Origin: Deltaproteobacteria bacterium
GTDB lineage: Bacteria; Desulfobacterota; GWC2-55-46
Length of the DNA stretch: 64,000 nt
Assembly: GCA_016234935.1 (NCBI GenBank)
Contig: JACRNL010000011.1
Coordinates: 129,472-193,471, forward strand
Direction: 5' to 3'
Shown: one piece after another, positions 19,399-29,465 of the stretch
Position numbering within the stretch: the stretch's first letter is position 1
Layout: each line of letters starts with the position of its first letter
The notes under the pieces: model-generated
What the model was told of the DNA's origin: nothing
Database searches by the model: none
The model's input: the letters and a program-made list of their open reading frames with translations, nothing else
Position numbers and translations under genes: made by a program

Positions 19399-20178
19399 AT
19401 GTCAATCAGCGGAACGATCAAAGGGGCGGCGCTCCCTTTTTATAAATGGATATACGACGCGGTAATGGGCAATAAAGAGTCGCGGTATCTCTATTACAGG
19501 CTCGCCGTATTCCTCTCCACGCGCGGCATTGCCCCGTTGCTGGCGCCTTCGGCCTCGTCCGTGAAAGAGAGATGGCGCAGGCAGGGGCAGGACAGCGCGG
19601 CTGACAATCCCGCCACTTACGCAGTGGAGGATGCGTCTGTTCGCGAGCTTTTCAGGGATGTTTTTCCTTGTCTGGGTAAAGACAGCCGCATACTTGAGAT
19701 AGGCTGCAATGCCGGGCGTTCTTTGAATTATCTTTACAAAAACGGCTTCAGGAATCTGACAGGCGTTGAGATAGGCCCTGAGGCCGTGGAACTCATGAAG
19801 ACAGCCTTCCCTGAAGCATACAGGGGCAGCACAATTATAGTTGGCGACGCTTCTGATGCAGTCAAGAGGTTTAAGGAGGGGGAGTTCGACCTCGTTTTCT
19901 GTCACTCGGTTCTTGTGAACATACATCCGAGATACAATCATATTTTCAGGGATATGGCGAGGATAAGCCGCAAATTCGTATTGATACTGGAAAACGAGGG
20001 CAGTTGCACGGCGTATCCGCGCGACTTCAAGAGGCTGTTTGAAAAAGAGGGGCTTAAGATGGTCGCGTTCAGGGTGCTTGCCGGCGCCGATGCCGCGATA
20101 CCCGCGCCATTCGAAGACAGGCATATATACGTGAATAACACCATAAGACTTTTCGTAAAGGATAAATCTTCTTTCTGA
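19399..20178 (+). CDS. Class I SAM-dependent methyltransferase
   Basis: ILEIGCNAG motif I, GVEI, FDLVF. Confidence 0.85.
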   Translation: MSISGTIKGAALPFYKWIYDAVMGNKESRYLYYRLAVFLSTRGIAPLLAPSASSVKERWRRQGQDSAADNPATYAVEDASVRELFRDVFPCLGKDSRILEIGCNAGRSLNYLYKNGFRNLTGVEIGPEAVELMKTAFPEAYRGSTIIVGDASDAVKRFKEGEFDLVFCHSVLVNIHPRYNHIFRDMARISRKFVLILENEGSCTAYPRDFKRLFEKEGLKMVAFRVLAGADAAIPAPFEDRHIYVNNTIRLFVKDKSSF

Positions 20179-20198
20179 GGATTCAGCGCGCATCTTTT

Positions 20199-22310
20199 AT
20201 GCCGGGTTATGTCAAGGATGTTTTGTGCGGCAAGCGTATTTATATGAAAATCAGGTTTTACAGCTATTTCGGCGCCCTGCAGGTGATGTCGGTCTTTTTG
20301 TCAGGGGCGGGAAAGGAGATATACTATTTCGATATATCCGCGGCAGGCAAGGCCTTGCTTGGCCTCTTGAATATGAAAGGCCGCGTCAAGCCTTTTGAGT
20401 TCATCTTAGCCGAAGTAAAGGATTCAACCGGTCAGAGTTATTTCCCGAGGATATACGGAAGAGATATCGTGGCCGTATGCGACGTGATAGAGAATGACGT
20501 ATTCAGGAAAAACCCTCTAATAGACGCGCTTGGAAATATCTTTGACAGGGAAAAGATAATCCTGTATTTCAGAAAGATCGCAGGCAAGGAAATAGCCGAA
20601 AATATCGCATTCTTAAATGTTATTTCGTGGCACTGCCAAACGGTATCGGGCAATAAGCCTGATGCCGTTGAGTTTTTTATAGAGAGCACGGCGTACTACA
20701 GGGCGTTAAGAGATTTTGCGCTGAGAGAGCACCGGATATCGCTTGGCTGGCAGGTCTCCTCAAGAAAGATGTTCAGGTTTTTTTACCCGCTAATTGGGAA
20801 TGTGTTCCTTTCGGTTCTGCTGTGTTTTAGACCGCTTGCAAGCTTTTTTAGCACGACAAAAAAGCTGCCATCAGATAAATCCAGGCCGGTTCTTGCCAGT
20901 TTATATACTGTCAGGGGATTGACCTTTGACCGCACGAAGCGCTGCGATTTCCCCTGGCTGCTCATGTCTGAAATGTCACGCGAGCAGATATTGATCTATT
21001 TCGACAGAAAGGACCTGCCGGTCACGGACGATATGGCTGAGTTGCTGAGGCGGCAGGGTGTCAACTGCATGGCGATGTCTGCCGAGGCAACCAGCGTAAG
21101 CGGGATGCCTGTTTTCGTCCCTTCGTTCGTAACCGTGAAAAAGCTCCTCAGGCAGACCGGCCGTGTTTTATTTGCCGCTTTTAAAGAGGCATCCCGTCTC
21201 AGGTTGCGCTCATTAGTTTATTTGAGCGCTGGCATTCGTTTCGCGAGAGAATATTCCGTTGCATACGATTTTTACCTTTCCAATAATATTAAGATAAATA
21301 TGGATTTTATTGATTTTGACCCCAACCGGATACCGAGGAGCCTTGCGCTGAGAGACGCGGGCGGGGTAAGCATAAGCTATCAGGTGTCTAACTGGCCCAT
21401 ACCCAACGTGATACTTGGCACGGGCGCGGATATCTTTTTCATGTTCGGGCCGCACTATTTGAAAAATTTTCTTAAAGGCGGCGCCTGTAATGACGCCGTT
21501 GTTTATACCGGATATACGTCTGATTATTCATTTGCCGCAGTTAAGGAAAGGGCAAGGGATTTGCGGGAGAGGCTTGTGGGGAGCGGTGCGCAGTTTGTGG
21601 TCGCTTATTTCGATGAGAACTCCGCCGGGGGCAGGATGAGCATCATCCCGCATAAAACAGCCGCGGTAATCTATAAAAGACTTTTGGAGCTGGTCGTAGC
21701 GGATGGAACCATTGGTCTTATTTGCAGCCCTAAGCGCCCCAAGACCCTTCTTAAGCGAATGCCGGAGCTTTCATCTCTTTTGAAAAAGGCAAAGGATACG
21801 GGCAGGTGTCTGTTTATCGAGGGAGAATACGCCACTGACAAATATCCTGCCGAATCAGCGCAGGCCTCAGACCTTGTGATAACTTTATTGATAGGCGGCA
21901 CTACGGCGCTGGAGAGCCACCTTTGCGGCCAAAGGGCGGTCTTCCTTGATCTGGAAGGGTTTTATTCCTACACGGAATATGAATGGGGCAGGAACACCAT
22001 CGTCTTTGACGATATGGACGCTCTAATATCGGCTATCGAAAGATTCCGGCAGGATGGGCAGGCAAACGACGCGCTGGGCAATCCCGCGCTGATACGAACG
22101 CTTAATGAAAAAGATCCGTTCCGCGACGGGAAGGCCGCCGAAAGGATGGGGCAGTATCTGAACTGGCTGCTTGAGGCCTTTAACCAGGGCGGGACAAGGC
22201 AGGACGCGATCGCGTCCGCCAACAGCAAATATGCGGAGCAATGGGGCAAGGAAAATATCGTAAGGCTTGAATATCCGGCAGGGAGCCGTTTGTCGCCGGA
22301 TAAGGATTGA
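20199..22310 (+). CDS. Large hypothetical glycan-locus protein with GT-B-like C-terminus (candidate ulosonate transferase)
   Basis: 703-aa ORF; C-terminal PKRP...DLVIT...GGTTALES...DPFRDGKAAER pattern. Start may be 20244. Confidence 0.55.
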   Translation: MPGYVKDVLCGKRIYMKIRFYSYFGALQVMSVFLSGAGKEIYYFDISAAGKALLGLLNMKGRVKPFEFILAEVKDSTGQSYFPRIYGRDIVAVCDVIENDVFRKNPLIDALGNIFDREKIILYFRKIAGKEIAENIAFLNVISWHCQTVSGNKPDAVEFFIESTAYYRALRDFALREHRISLGWQVSSRKMFRFFYPLIGNVFLSVLLCFRPLASFFSTTKKLPSDKSRPVLASLYTVRGLTFDRTKRCDFPWLLMSEMSREQILIYFDRKDLPVTDDMAELLRRQGVNCMAMSAEATSVSGMPVFVPSFVTVKKLLRQTGRVLFAAFKEASRLRLRSLVYLSAGIRFAREYSVAYDFYLSNNIKINMDFIDFDPNRIPRSLALRDAGGVSISYQVSNWPIPNVILGTGADIFFMFGPHYLKNFLKGGACNDAVVYTGYTSDYSFAAVKERARDLRERLVGSGAQFVVAYFDENSAGGRMSIIPHKTAAVIYKRLLELVVADGTIGLICSPKRPKTLLKRMPELSSLLKKAKDTGRCLFIEGEYATDKYPAESAQASDLVITLLIGGTTALESHLCGQRAVFLDLEGFYSYTEYEWGRNTIVFDDMDALISAIERFRQDGQANDALGNPALIRTLNEKDPFRDGKAAERMGQYLNWLLEAFNQGGTRQDAIASANSKYAEQWGKENIVRLEYPAGSRLSPDKD

Positions 22311-22314
22311 TGCA

Positions 22315-23787
22315 ATGTCCCTCGGCGAAAAGAACATAAGAAACTTCTTCATCTACATCTTTCCGAAGTTCGTCGGCTACGGGGTGCAGTTCGTTACGCT
22401 TCCGATCCTGACGCGCATACTTTCCCCTGCGGACTTCGGCGTCGTGACGATGACCATGCTCTTTGCAACGCTCGGGGCAAGCGTCCTTACGCTCGGGATA
22501 ACCTCCGCCGCTCAAAGATACTATTTTGAGTATAAGCCCGGCGGAGACGGCCTGAACGCGCTGGTGTTTTCCTCCCAGCTCTTTTTGTATCTCATGCTGG
22601 CGGTTTCTTCGGCAGCCGCCTTTTTCTTCAAGGACCGTGTCGCGCTCCTGATTACCGGAGACGCAAAGTATGGCACAGCCGTCTTCCTTATGTTCATCGC
22701 CGGGTACCTCGGACAGGTCATTAATTTTTATCTTTATATGTACCAGAACATGGAAAAGGCGTCGTGGCACTCGGCCTTCAACATTTCAAGGAGCGTCCTG
22801 ACGGGCGCTTTGAGCCTGCTGCTCGTCTGGCATTTCAGGATGTCCTACATGGGGATGATCTGGGCGTCCCTTGCGGCCACGGCCGCAGTGTGCCTTGCCA
22901 TGTTCGTGCTGTTTAACAGGGGTTTTACTTTCCGCTTGAGCTTTAGGGTGCTGATTGACAATATAAAGTTCGGGCTTCAGATAGTGCCAAAGTCGCTTAC
23001 GGGCTTCATAAACCTGTATTTTGACAAGTATATGATAAACAACATGCTCTCGCTCTCCGCGGTGGGCGTCTACAACATAGGGCAAAGCGTAGGCAATCTC
23101 GCCTTTTTCTTGATGAGTGCCATCTGGTCTTCTTTTCAGCCGGTCTATTACAGGGACGTCTTTGACCGGGGGGCCGAGGCATCGGGGAACGTGGGCAGGA
23201 TATTCACCATATTCGCCTACATATCGCTGGCGCCGCTCCTTGTCCTGATACTCTTTGCGGGAGAGGCGCTGTCCGTAATAGCCCCGCCCGCGTATTACGG
23301 CGCGCTCGACGTGATAATAATCATTTCCGCCGGCGTGGCCACGCAGACCTTCGGCATGTATGTCGGCGTGCAGTATGCCTACACCAAAAAGGCTTATTGG
23401 CTCTTTCCGATAACCGTTGCAGGGACCATAGTGAACGTGATTGCGAACGTCATCCTTATCCCGCGTCTGGGGCTTACGGGCGGCGCCGTCTCCTCGGCGC
23501 TTTCCACGGCGGCCTTTAACGTCATAGCGATAGCAATAGGCCAGAGGATTTACAGGATCGGGTATGAATGGAAGCCGATAGCGGTCTTATACGCGCTGAT
23601 AGCGCTGGCAATACCTTCGGCGCTCTACGTAAGGACGGATGCCTTCCCGTTCGCCGTTGTCTACGGCATTAAGCTCTCGCTCATAGCGTTCTATCTTTTT
23701 GCCGGGATAAAGACGCGTATAATAACAGAGACTTCGATTAAAAAGGTCGCCGGTTCACTGTTTAACTACCGGAGGAAGGAGGCCTGA
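22315..23787 (+). CDS. wzx: Wzx-type oligosaccharide flippase
   Basis: LPILTRILSPADFG, DKYMI, AVGVY, many TM segments (MOP superfamily). Confidence 0.88.
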   Translation: MSLGEKNIRNFFIYIFPKFVGYGVQFVTLPILTRILSPADFGVVTMTMLFATLGASVLTLGITSAAQRYYFEYKPGGDGLNALVFSSQLFLYLMLAVSSAAAFFFKDRVALLITGDAKYGTAVFLMFIAGYLGQVINFYLYMYQNMEKASWHSAFNISRSVLTGALSLLLVWHFRMSYMGMIWASLAATAAVCLAMFVLFNRGFTFRLSFRVLIDNIKFGLQIVPKSLTGFINLYFDKYMINNMLSLSAVGVYNIGQSVGNLAFFLMSAIWSSFQPVYYRDVFDRGAEASGNVGRIFTIFAYISLAPLLVLILFAGEALSVIAPPAYYGALDVIIIISAGVATQTFGMYVGVQYAYTKKAYWLFPITVAGTIVNVIANVILIPRLGLTGGAVSSALSTAAFNVIAIAIGQRIYRIGYEWKPIAVLYALIALAIPSALYVRTDAFPFAVVYGIKLSLIAFYLFAGIKTRIITETSIKKVAGSLFNYRRKEA

Positions 23788-23790
23788 GCC

Positions 23791-24687
23791 ATGAAGGACG
23801 CGTGCAACCTGTGTTTGTCGGATGGTTTTGAGCTTGTAAAATCTGCGCTGCGCGACCAGGGCGCGGAGCAAAAGGTTTATAGATGCCTTGCTTGCGGACA
23901 TGTTCAGCTCCTGCCGAGGCCGACGGCCGAGGAGGATAGCGCCTTTTACGACGCTAACCGTCAGGACAGAAACAGGGGTAAGGAGATAGATTACGAAAGG
24001 CTCCGGCTGAACAACCTCTTTGATACGGAAAGACATGTTAGTCTTATAAAAGGGCTTTGCGCGGACAAGGGTTCGCGGATACTTGATATCGGGGCGGGCT
24101 ATGGGTTTTTCGTCAACAGGCTCTACGGTGCCGGATACACAAAAGCAATGGGTATAGAGGTGAGTGAAGAAAGGCGGGCTATGGCCGTAAACCGCGGGCG
24201 CGCGGAGATTATCGACTTCGATGTTTTAAGCCCAGGGTGTGACATCGGCAGGTTCGCCATTGTAACGCTTTTTCACGTGCTGGAGCACATGGCCGACCCT
24301 GTTGCATTTTTAAGGGGTATTAAGGGCCTGCTAAGCGACGGCGCTGTCTTTGTATGTGAGGTGCCTAACGTAAACGAACTTCTTCTTGAGAGATCTAAGA
24401 CGTACAACGATTTTTATTGGATACGGGCTCACCTTAATTACTTTAGCGCCAAGACACTTGTTGATTGTTTTACAAAGGCAGGTTACGCGGGCGTACAGAT
24501 GCGCTTTGAACAGAGGTATGGGCTTTTGAATATGTGTAACTGGCTTTCAAAAGGCACGCCGCAGATAGACCATCCGGTATTCGAAATAGACGGCGCGTAT
24601 AAGCCGGTTGAGGATTTTTACAGGGAGCATCTTGCGTCAATGAGAAAGACGGACACGATAGTCGCGGTTGCAGGGCTGAAAAAATGA
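23791..24687 (+). CDS. Class I SAM methyltransferase with N-terminal CxxC/CxxC motifs
   Basis: CNLC...CLACG, ILDIGAGYG, FHVLEH, EVPN. Confidence 0.87.
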   Translation: MKDACNLCLSDGFELVKSALRDQGAEQKVYRCLACGHVQLLPRPTAEEDSAFYDANRQDRNRGKEIDYERLRLNNLFDTERHVSLIKGLCADKGSRILDIGAGYGFFVNRLYGAGYTKAMGIEVSEERRAMAVNRGRAEIIDFDVLSPGCDIGRFAIVTLFHVLEHMADPVAFLRGIKGLLSDGAVFVCEVPNVNELLLERSKTYNDFYWIRAHLNYFSAKTLVDCFTKAGYAGVQMRFEQRYGLLNMCNWLSKGTPQIDHPVFEIDGAYKPVEDFYREHLASMRKTDTIVAVAGLKK

Positions 24688-26624
24688 AGTATGTAGTAAT
24701 TGAGTTCATTGACGAATATAAGGCTTTTATAGAGTTTCTCGGTAAAGGTAAAGGCCGGCTTGAGGATTACGTCATAGTAGCCATTGAGCCAAAGCTCGAG
24801 GCCTATCTTGAGGCCAATGGCGTGAGATATCGCAATACCCTTAATTATTTCGACACCGGATCCCAAAAAAGGATATTGAGAGCGACCGAGAAGGTAATGG
24901 AGTATATAGAGAGAAACTTCACTTTTACGGATTCCGGCGGGCTCAGGAGCTGTTACGAAAAGGAGTTCGCGCATTATGTAAGGTTGTATATGAATCATAT
25001 GTTCAAGATGTTGGAGATATTCGGTGGTATTCGCGCGGAGGACAGCGGTTGTGAGTTATACGCGTGCGGAGGCGGTTCAATGACCGCGACTGCCATTATG
25101 TCGGACGATGAGAGATATCTCGCAAGGCTGGCGGCAGGCTTCGCTGATGCGCATAATCTTAGTTTTACGGATTTCAATGGAGATGCATCGGTATCCGCCG
25201 CGCCGGTTAGAGGCGGCTATGTAAATTCGGCAAATTTCGTTGTAAAACTCCTCAGCAGGGCAACGTTGTCGCTTTTTACCGGTAAAAAGACGATTTTTGT
25301 GCCGCGAATGGGGCATGTTTTCAAAGACATGGCAAAGCGGTTGTCGGCAAAGGACAGGCGAGTGGTCTTTGTGGCAATAGACTATACGGAAGGTTTTCTA
25401 TATGCGGCGGTCTTTAACGCGCTTTCTTTCTTCAAGTCGCTAACGGGGAGACAGCCATATAGAAATTATATCGTCAACGTGAATTTTTTCCGCAGCGCCG
25501 TATCTCATGACGAGTGTGAAAGATTGACGCAATGTGTTGATTCCATCGTCGAGCGCGGCGGACTGTTTGAATATAATGGCGTAGATTGCCGGGCGTTGAT
25601 TAAAATGAAGGTGGACGCAGGGCTTAAAGCCCACCTTTTGCGCATGCTCCACAGCTCGCATAATCTCAGTTATATGTTCGGCAGGATGAAAAGGTGGATG
25701 GTGATGTCGTTTTCCGGGCTCGACGCGATGGCCGTGGCCGGGGAGCTTACAAGAAGGCTCGGCGAAAGGTCTTTGTTTGTTTCCCACGGCGCGCATCCGG
25801 CGCCGTCGGATGAGTATCATGAAATAGAGCTTTTACGGCTGTGCAGGAGTTTCATGCTCAGCGACTACACGCACGTTGCTCTGAGCAGTCCCGTGCAGGA
25901 GGAGCATCTTCGTTACTTTAAGCGCAAATACGATTGGGTCGGTAATATTGAATTGAAGACAGGTCCGCTGGTTTTTGCCGACGTGATGGATATGGATAAA
26001 TCCGAAAGCAAAATAAGACTGGGCATACCTCCGGGCAACATTGTGCTGACTCATGCCACGACCACCAAGGCAAGGCACGGCGAAAGGTATTATTTTCTCG
26101 AAACATTGGATGAGTTTTTTGCGAGCCTTTCTGATATTGTCCGGTGCGTGGATGAGCGCCGCGGCGTGAGCCTGATAATAAGGGTCCATCCGGGGTTCCG
26201 TTTGAATGATGAAGAGATAAAAGCGCTTTTGCCGGCGTCTGCGAAATTCATTATACACAGGGATGGCCCCTTTAGCGAGGCGCTCTCGGCCACGGACGTC
26301 CTTATAAGTTATTCTTCGACCGCTATAGACGAGGCGCTCATGAATAAAATCCCGGTCTTGCTTTACGACAGGTGGAGCAGGTATAATCATTTCAAGACAG
26401 GTGTTTTTGAGGGGTCTTCGTCGCCGGATATTTTTCCTGTATGTTATGTGAACGCAAGAGAAAAACTGGCCGGAGCGGTTGAATATATGCTGGGAAAGAC
26501 CATGGCTGTTGATAAAAAAGATTTTGACAATGGCAGGTTCCGCTACTCGGAAGATTATTCCGAAAACCTCTTTAAGTTCGTTGAGGGCTCCTTGAATGCG
26601 CGTCAGCCCGGAGGGTTGCCATGA
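24684..26624 (+). CDS. Large hypothetical glycan-locus protein with GT-B-like C-terminus
   Basis: SHG motif, IRVHP, DVLISYSSTAIDEAL..KIPV. Confidence 0.6.
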   Translation: MKYVVIEFIDEYKAFIEFLGKGKGRLEDYVIVAIEPKLEAYLEANGVRYRNTLNYFDTGSQKRILRATEKVMEYIERNFTFTDSGGLRSCYEKEFAHYVRLYMNHMFKMLEIFGGIRAEDSGCELYACGGGSMTATAIMSDDERYLARLAAGFADAHNLSFTDFNGDASVSAAPVRGGYVNSANFVVKLLSRATLSLFTGKKTIFVPRMGHVFKDMAKRLSAKDRRVVFVAIDYTEGFLYAAVFNALSFFKSLTGRQPYRNYIVNVNFFRSAVSHDECERLTQCVDSIVERGGLFEYNGVDCRALIKMKVDAGLKAHLLRMLHSSHNLSYMFGRMKRWMVMSFSGLDAMAVAGELTRRLGERSLFVSHGAHPAPSDEYHEIELLRLCRSFMLSDYTHVALSSPVQEEHLRYFKRKYDWVGNIELKTGPLVFADVMDMDKSESKIRLGIPPGNIVLTHATTTKARHGERYYFLETLDEFFASLSDIVRCVDERRGVSLIIRVHPGFRLNDEEIKALLPASAKFIIHRDGPFSEALSATDVLISYSSTAIDEALMNKIPVLLYDRWSRYNHFKTGVFEGSSSPDIFPVCYVNAREKLAGAVEYMLGKTMAVDKKDFDNGRFRYSEDYSENLFKFVEGSLNARQPGGLP

Positions 26625-27286
26625 GGACAGTCGGATTTATCCCATCGAAATTGAATAGTGAACGGGTGCCTTTAAAGAACATAAAAGATCTGGGCGGCAT
26701 TCCTCTTATTAACTACACCGTGTGCACGCTGAACAAGGTCGCGGCTGTGGACGAGATAGTCATTTTCGCCTCAGAGCCGTCCATCTGCGATTACGTGCAG
26801 CATGGCCTTAAATACAAGTTTATCCAAAGGCCGGCCTGCCTCGATACGCAGGAGGCGACGATACAGGATATCATCCGTGAGTTTTTGAAAAGGGACAGCG
26901 CTGACACGGTGGTGCTCATGCACTGCACCTCGCCTTTCCTAAAATCAGCGACAATCGCGGACTGCGTTGAAAAGGTCAACTCCGGCCGATACGAATCCGC
27001 ATTTACGGCCAATGAGATAAAAAAGTTCTGCTGGTTCAAGGGCAACCCGCTGAACTATTCCCTCTCGAAGCCGACCCCGCGCACGCAGGACATTGCCCCT
27101 GTAATAGTCGAGCAGTCGAGCCTTTATGTTTTTAAACGCGAGGTCTTTGAAAAGACCGGCCAGCGCATTTCCGACAGGCCCTATGTCAAGGCGATAGACC
27201 ATTTCGAGGGGCATGACATTGACACGCCGGAGGACTTCCGCGTGGCGGAATTGATAGTCAACACGGGTATGTTCGAGCTTTCATGA
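26621..27286 (+). CDS. Acylneuraminate cytidylyltransferase family (NeuA/PseF-like)
   Basis: IPSKLNSERVPLKNIK, CTSPF, PRTQD, DIDTPEDF. Confidence 0.9.
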   Translation: MRTVGFIPSKLNSERVPLKNIKDLGGIPLINYTVCTLNKVAAVDEIVIFASEPSICDYVQHGLKYKFIQRPACLDTQEATIQDIIREFLKRDSADTVVLMHCTSPFLKSATIADCVEKVNSGRYESAFTANEIKKFCWFKGNPLNYSLSKPTPRTQDIAPVIVEQSSLYVFKREVFEKTGQRISDRPYVKAIDHFEGHDIDTPEDFRVAELIVNTGMFELS

Positions 27287-28434
27287 CAATAACGAACTGC
27301 TCCATATTTAAAAGATATCCTGTTTCTTTCGGTTCATCCGGCGTCAGCGCGGGCTATGAGATACTCGTCGGCAGGGGTATAACCCCGGCCATTGCAGATT
27401 TCCTCGCGCAAAAGACGAAGGACGACAGAGTCATTGTCGTCTGCGACGACTATTTCAAGGGGCGCATCGCTTCTTTGACAGATGCGCTCGCAAAGGCCGG
27501 CTTTAGCGTAAACGTTTACAGCTTCGAGGGCGGCAAGCACCACAAGAACATCAACGAGGCAATGCGCATATACGAGGCGCTGGAAAAGAGTGACTTCGCG
27601 CGCGATTCGACCATGATAGCCGTCGGAGGCGGCGTCATAGGAGACCTCGCGGGCTTCGTGGCAAGCACCTACTTGAGGGGGATGAACCTCATACACGTCC
27701 CGTCGTCGCTGACCGCGATGATAGACTCTTCCATAGGCGGCAAGGTCGCCATAAACTTCAGAAAGACGGTCAACGCCATCGGCAACTACTACCATCCGAT
27801 ATTAAATGTCATTGACCTTGACTTTATGGACACGCTGCCGCCGAGGGATTATCTTGCCGGGCTTGCGGAGATAATCAAATGCGCGGTGATAGCCGACAAA
27901 GAGCTTTTCGATTACCTCGACGTCAACTCCGAAGCGGTGCTCCGGCGTGAGGAAGTTGCGCTTTTGAAGATAATCTACCGCGCCATAGAGATAAAGCTCG
28001 ACCATGTGAGGGATGACGTAAGGGAGCAGAGTATAAGGCTGAAGCTGAACTACGGGCATACGATGGGCCATGCCGTGGAGATTTCTACCGGCATGTTTGA
28101 AGAGGTCTACAGGCACGGCGAGGGCGTTGCCATCGGCATGGTCGGGGCGGCGCATATCGCGAGGGCGTTTTTAAAGCAGGGCGATGAAATATTAAAGAGG
28201 CATGAGGCGGTGCTTGAAAAATACGGCCTGCCGGTTAAGTGCGCATCCGGCGCTATCGGGTTTGATGCTGATTTGCTAAAAAAGGAATGCCTTAGAAATA
28301 TCTTCAAGGATAAAAAGAAAAAGGACGCGATGCTTCGCTTTGTCCTGCCGGTTGCGATAGGCAGGTGCGAGGTATACGCGGGGATACCGGACGAGATGCT
28401 TCAGAAGGCGTTTGACTACATAATAGGCCAATGA
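27283..28434 (+). CDS. 3-dehydroquinate synthase-like sugar-phosphate cyclase (AroB paralogue)
   Basis: GGGVIGDLAGF, DSSIGGK, AEIIK, LNYGHTMGHAVE, HGEGVAIGM, DKK. Confidence 0.85.
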   Translation: MTITNCSIFKRYPVSFGSSGVSAGYEILVGRGITPAIADFLAQKTKDDRVIVVCDDYFKGRIASLTDALAKAGFSVNVYSFEGGKHHKNINEAMRIYEALEKSDFARDSTMIAVGGGVIGDLAGFVASTYLRGMNLIHVPSSLTAMIDSSIGGKVAINFRKTVNAIGNYYHPILNVIDLDFMDTLPPRDYLAGLAEIIKCAVIADKELFDYLDVNSEAVLRREEVALLKIIYRAIEIKLDHVRDDVREQSIRLKLNYGHTMGHAVEISTGMFEEVYRHGEGVAIGMVGAAHIARAFLKQGDEILKRHEAVLEKYGLPVKCASGAIGFDADLLKKECLRNIFKDKKKKDAMLRFVLPVAIGRCEVYAGIPDEMLQKAFDYIIGQ

Positions 28435-28458
28435 TGACGGTGAAAGACATTATTTCAA

Positions 28459-28626
28459 AATTCCCCTTAACCCCTTGAAGGGGCTGAGCCCCCTCAGGGG
28501 GTTAAGCCCCCTTTTACAAAGGGGGGAAGTTTTTTTATTCCTCCCCAGCACCACTTTCCGTTACTGGCATATGTATCTAATAGAAATGTTGGCGCCGGAA
28601 AGTGGTGCTGGGGAGGGTAGGGAGGA
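28459..28626. repeat. Cluster of nested palindromes, including CCCCTTGAAGGGG (family B) and a perfect 21-bp stem
   Basis: CCCCTTGAAGGGG at 28471; CCCCCTTTTACAAAGGGGGG at about 28507; CCTCCCCAGCACCACTTTCCG (28540-28560) pairs with 28596-28616. Confidence 0.85.
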
Positions 28627-28656
28627 TTTACGATGTCGCAGTGTGGCAGGGGGGAG

Positions 28657-29421
28657 ATGACGGACAAAAGATTTTCCATAAAAGACAGGGTCTGCGTTGT
28701 AACAGGCGCGGGCAAGGGCATCGGCAGGGAGACTGCAAGGCTCTTTTATGAAGAAGGGGCTTTCCTCGCGCTCATCACGAGGGACGGCAAAGACCTGCAA
28801 TCGCTTAAGACGGAGCTTGACCTTGATGACAGGCGCGTCCTCTTGTTTGAGGGCGACGTGTCCGATGAAAAGACCGTCAAAAGATTCATTGCCGAGGCCG
28901 CTGAAAAATTCGGCAGGATAGACGTCCTTGTAAACAACGCGGGCATGAGGTTTAGAAAAAAGCTCCTTGAGACAACGCCTGACGAATGGGCGCGGGTGAT
29001 GAACACGAACCTTACGAGCGTCTACCTCATGTGCCGCGAGGCAGGCCCGCACATGATAAGGCAGAAATGGGGCAGGGTCATAAACATCGCGTCCGTCATC
29101 GGAACGCTCGGCCTTGCCGAGCTTACGGCGTACGGCGCGTCAAAGGGCGGGATGCTAACGTTCACGAAGTGCCTCGCGCTCGAATGGGCGGGGCATAACA
29201 TAAACGTCAACGCCGTTGCCCCGGGCTTTTGCGAGACATCCTACGCTGAAAGTTTTAAAAAGAAAGAGGAGCTTTATAAATTCACCATCGAGAGAACGCC
29301 GCAGAAAAGGTGGGGCTCGTCAGCCGACGTGGCGGCGGCATGCCTTTTCCTGGCCTCCGGGGAGGCATCCTTCATAACCGGAGAGGTGCTGAGCGTGGAC
29401 GGCGGGTGGAGCGCATGGTAG
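28657..29421 (+). CDS. Classical SDR oxidoreductase
   Basis: TGAGKGIG, NNAG, YGASK, NAVAPG, VDGG; GGGGAG RBS-like sequence before ATG 28657. Confidence 0.92.
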   Translation: MTDKRFSIKDRVCVVTGAGKGIGRETARLFYEEGAFLALITRDGKDLQSLKTELDLDDRRVLLFEGDVSDEKTVKRFIAEAAEKFGRIDVLVNNAGMRFRKKLLETTPDEWARVMNTNLTSVYLMCREAGPHMIRQKWGRVINIASVIGTLGLAELTAYGASKGGMLTFTKCLALEWAGHNINVNAVAPGFCETSYAESFKKKEELYKFTIERTPQKRWGSSADVAAACLFLASGEASFITGEVLSVDGGWSAW

Positions 29422-29465
29422 GCGATGAGCGTGGAACGACCGTTCAACCTGGAAGGGGTTTCTAA

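Noticed and set aside
19402..20193. Long antisense ORFs (also 31491-32318, 32747-33598, 34496-35296, 45175-46035, 38354-39034)
   Set aside because: They mirror well-supported genes on the opposite strand, lack motifs, and are expected shadows in GC-rich coding DNA.
27283..28434. Calling this gene housekeeping aroB
   Set aside because: No shikimate-pathway neighbours, coupled to a cytidylyltransferase, and altered KN motif; left without a gene symbol.
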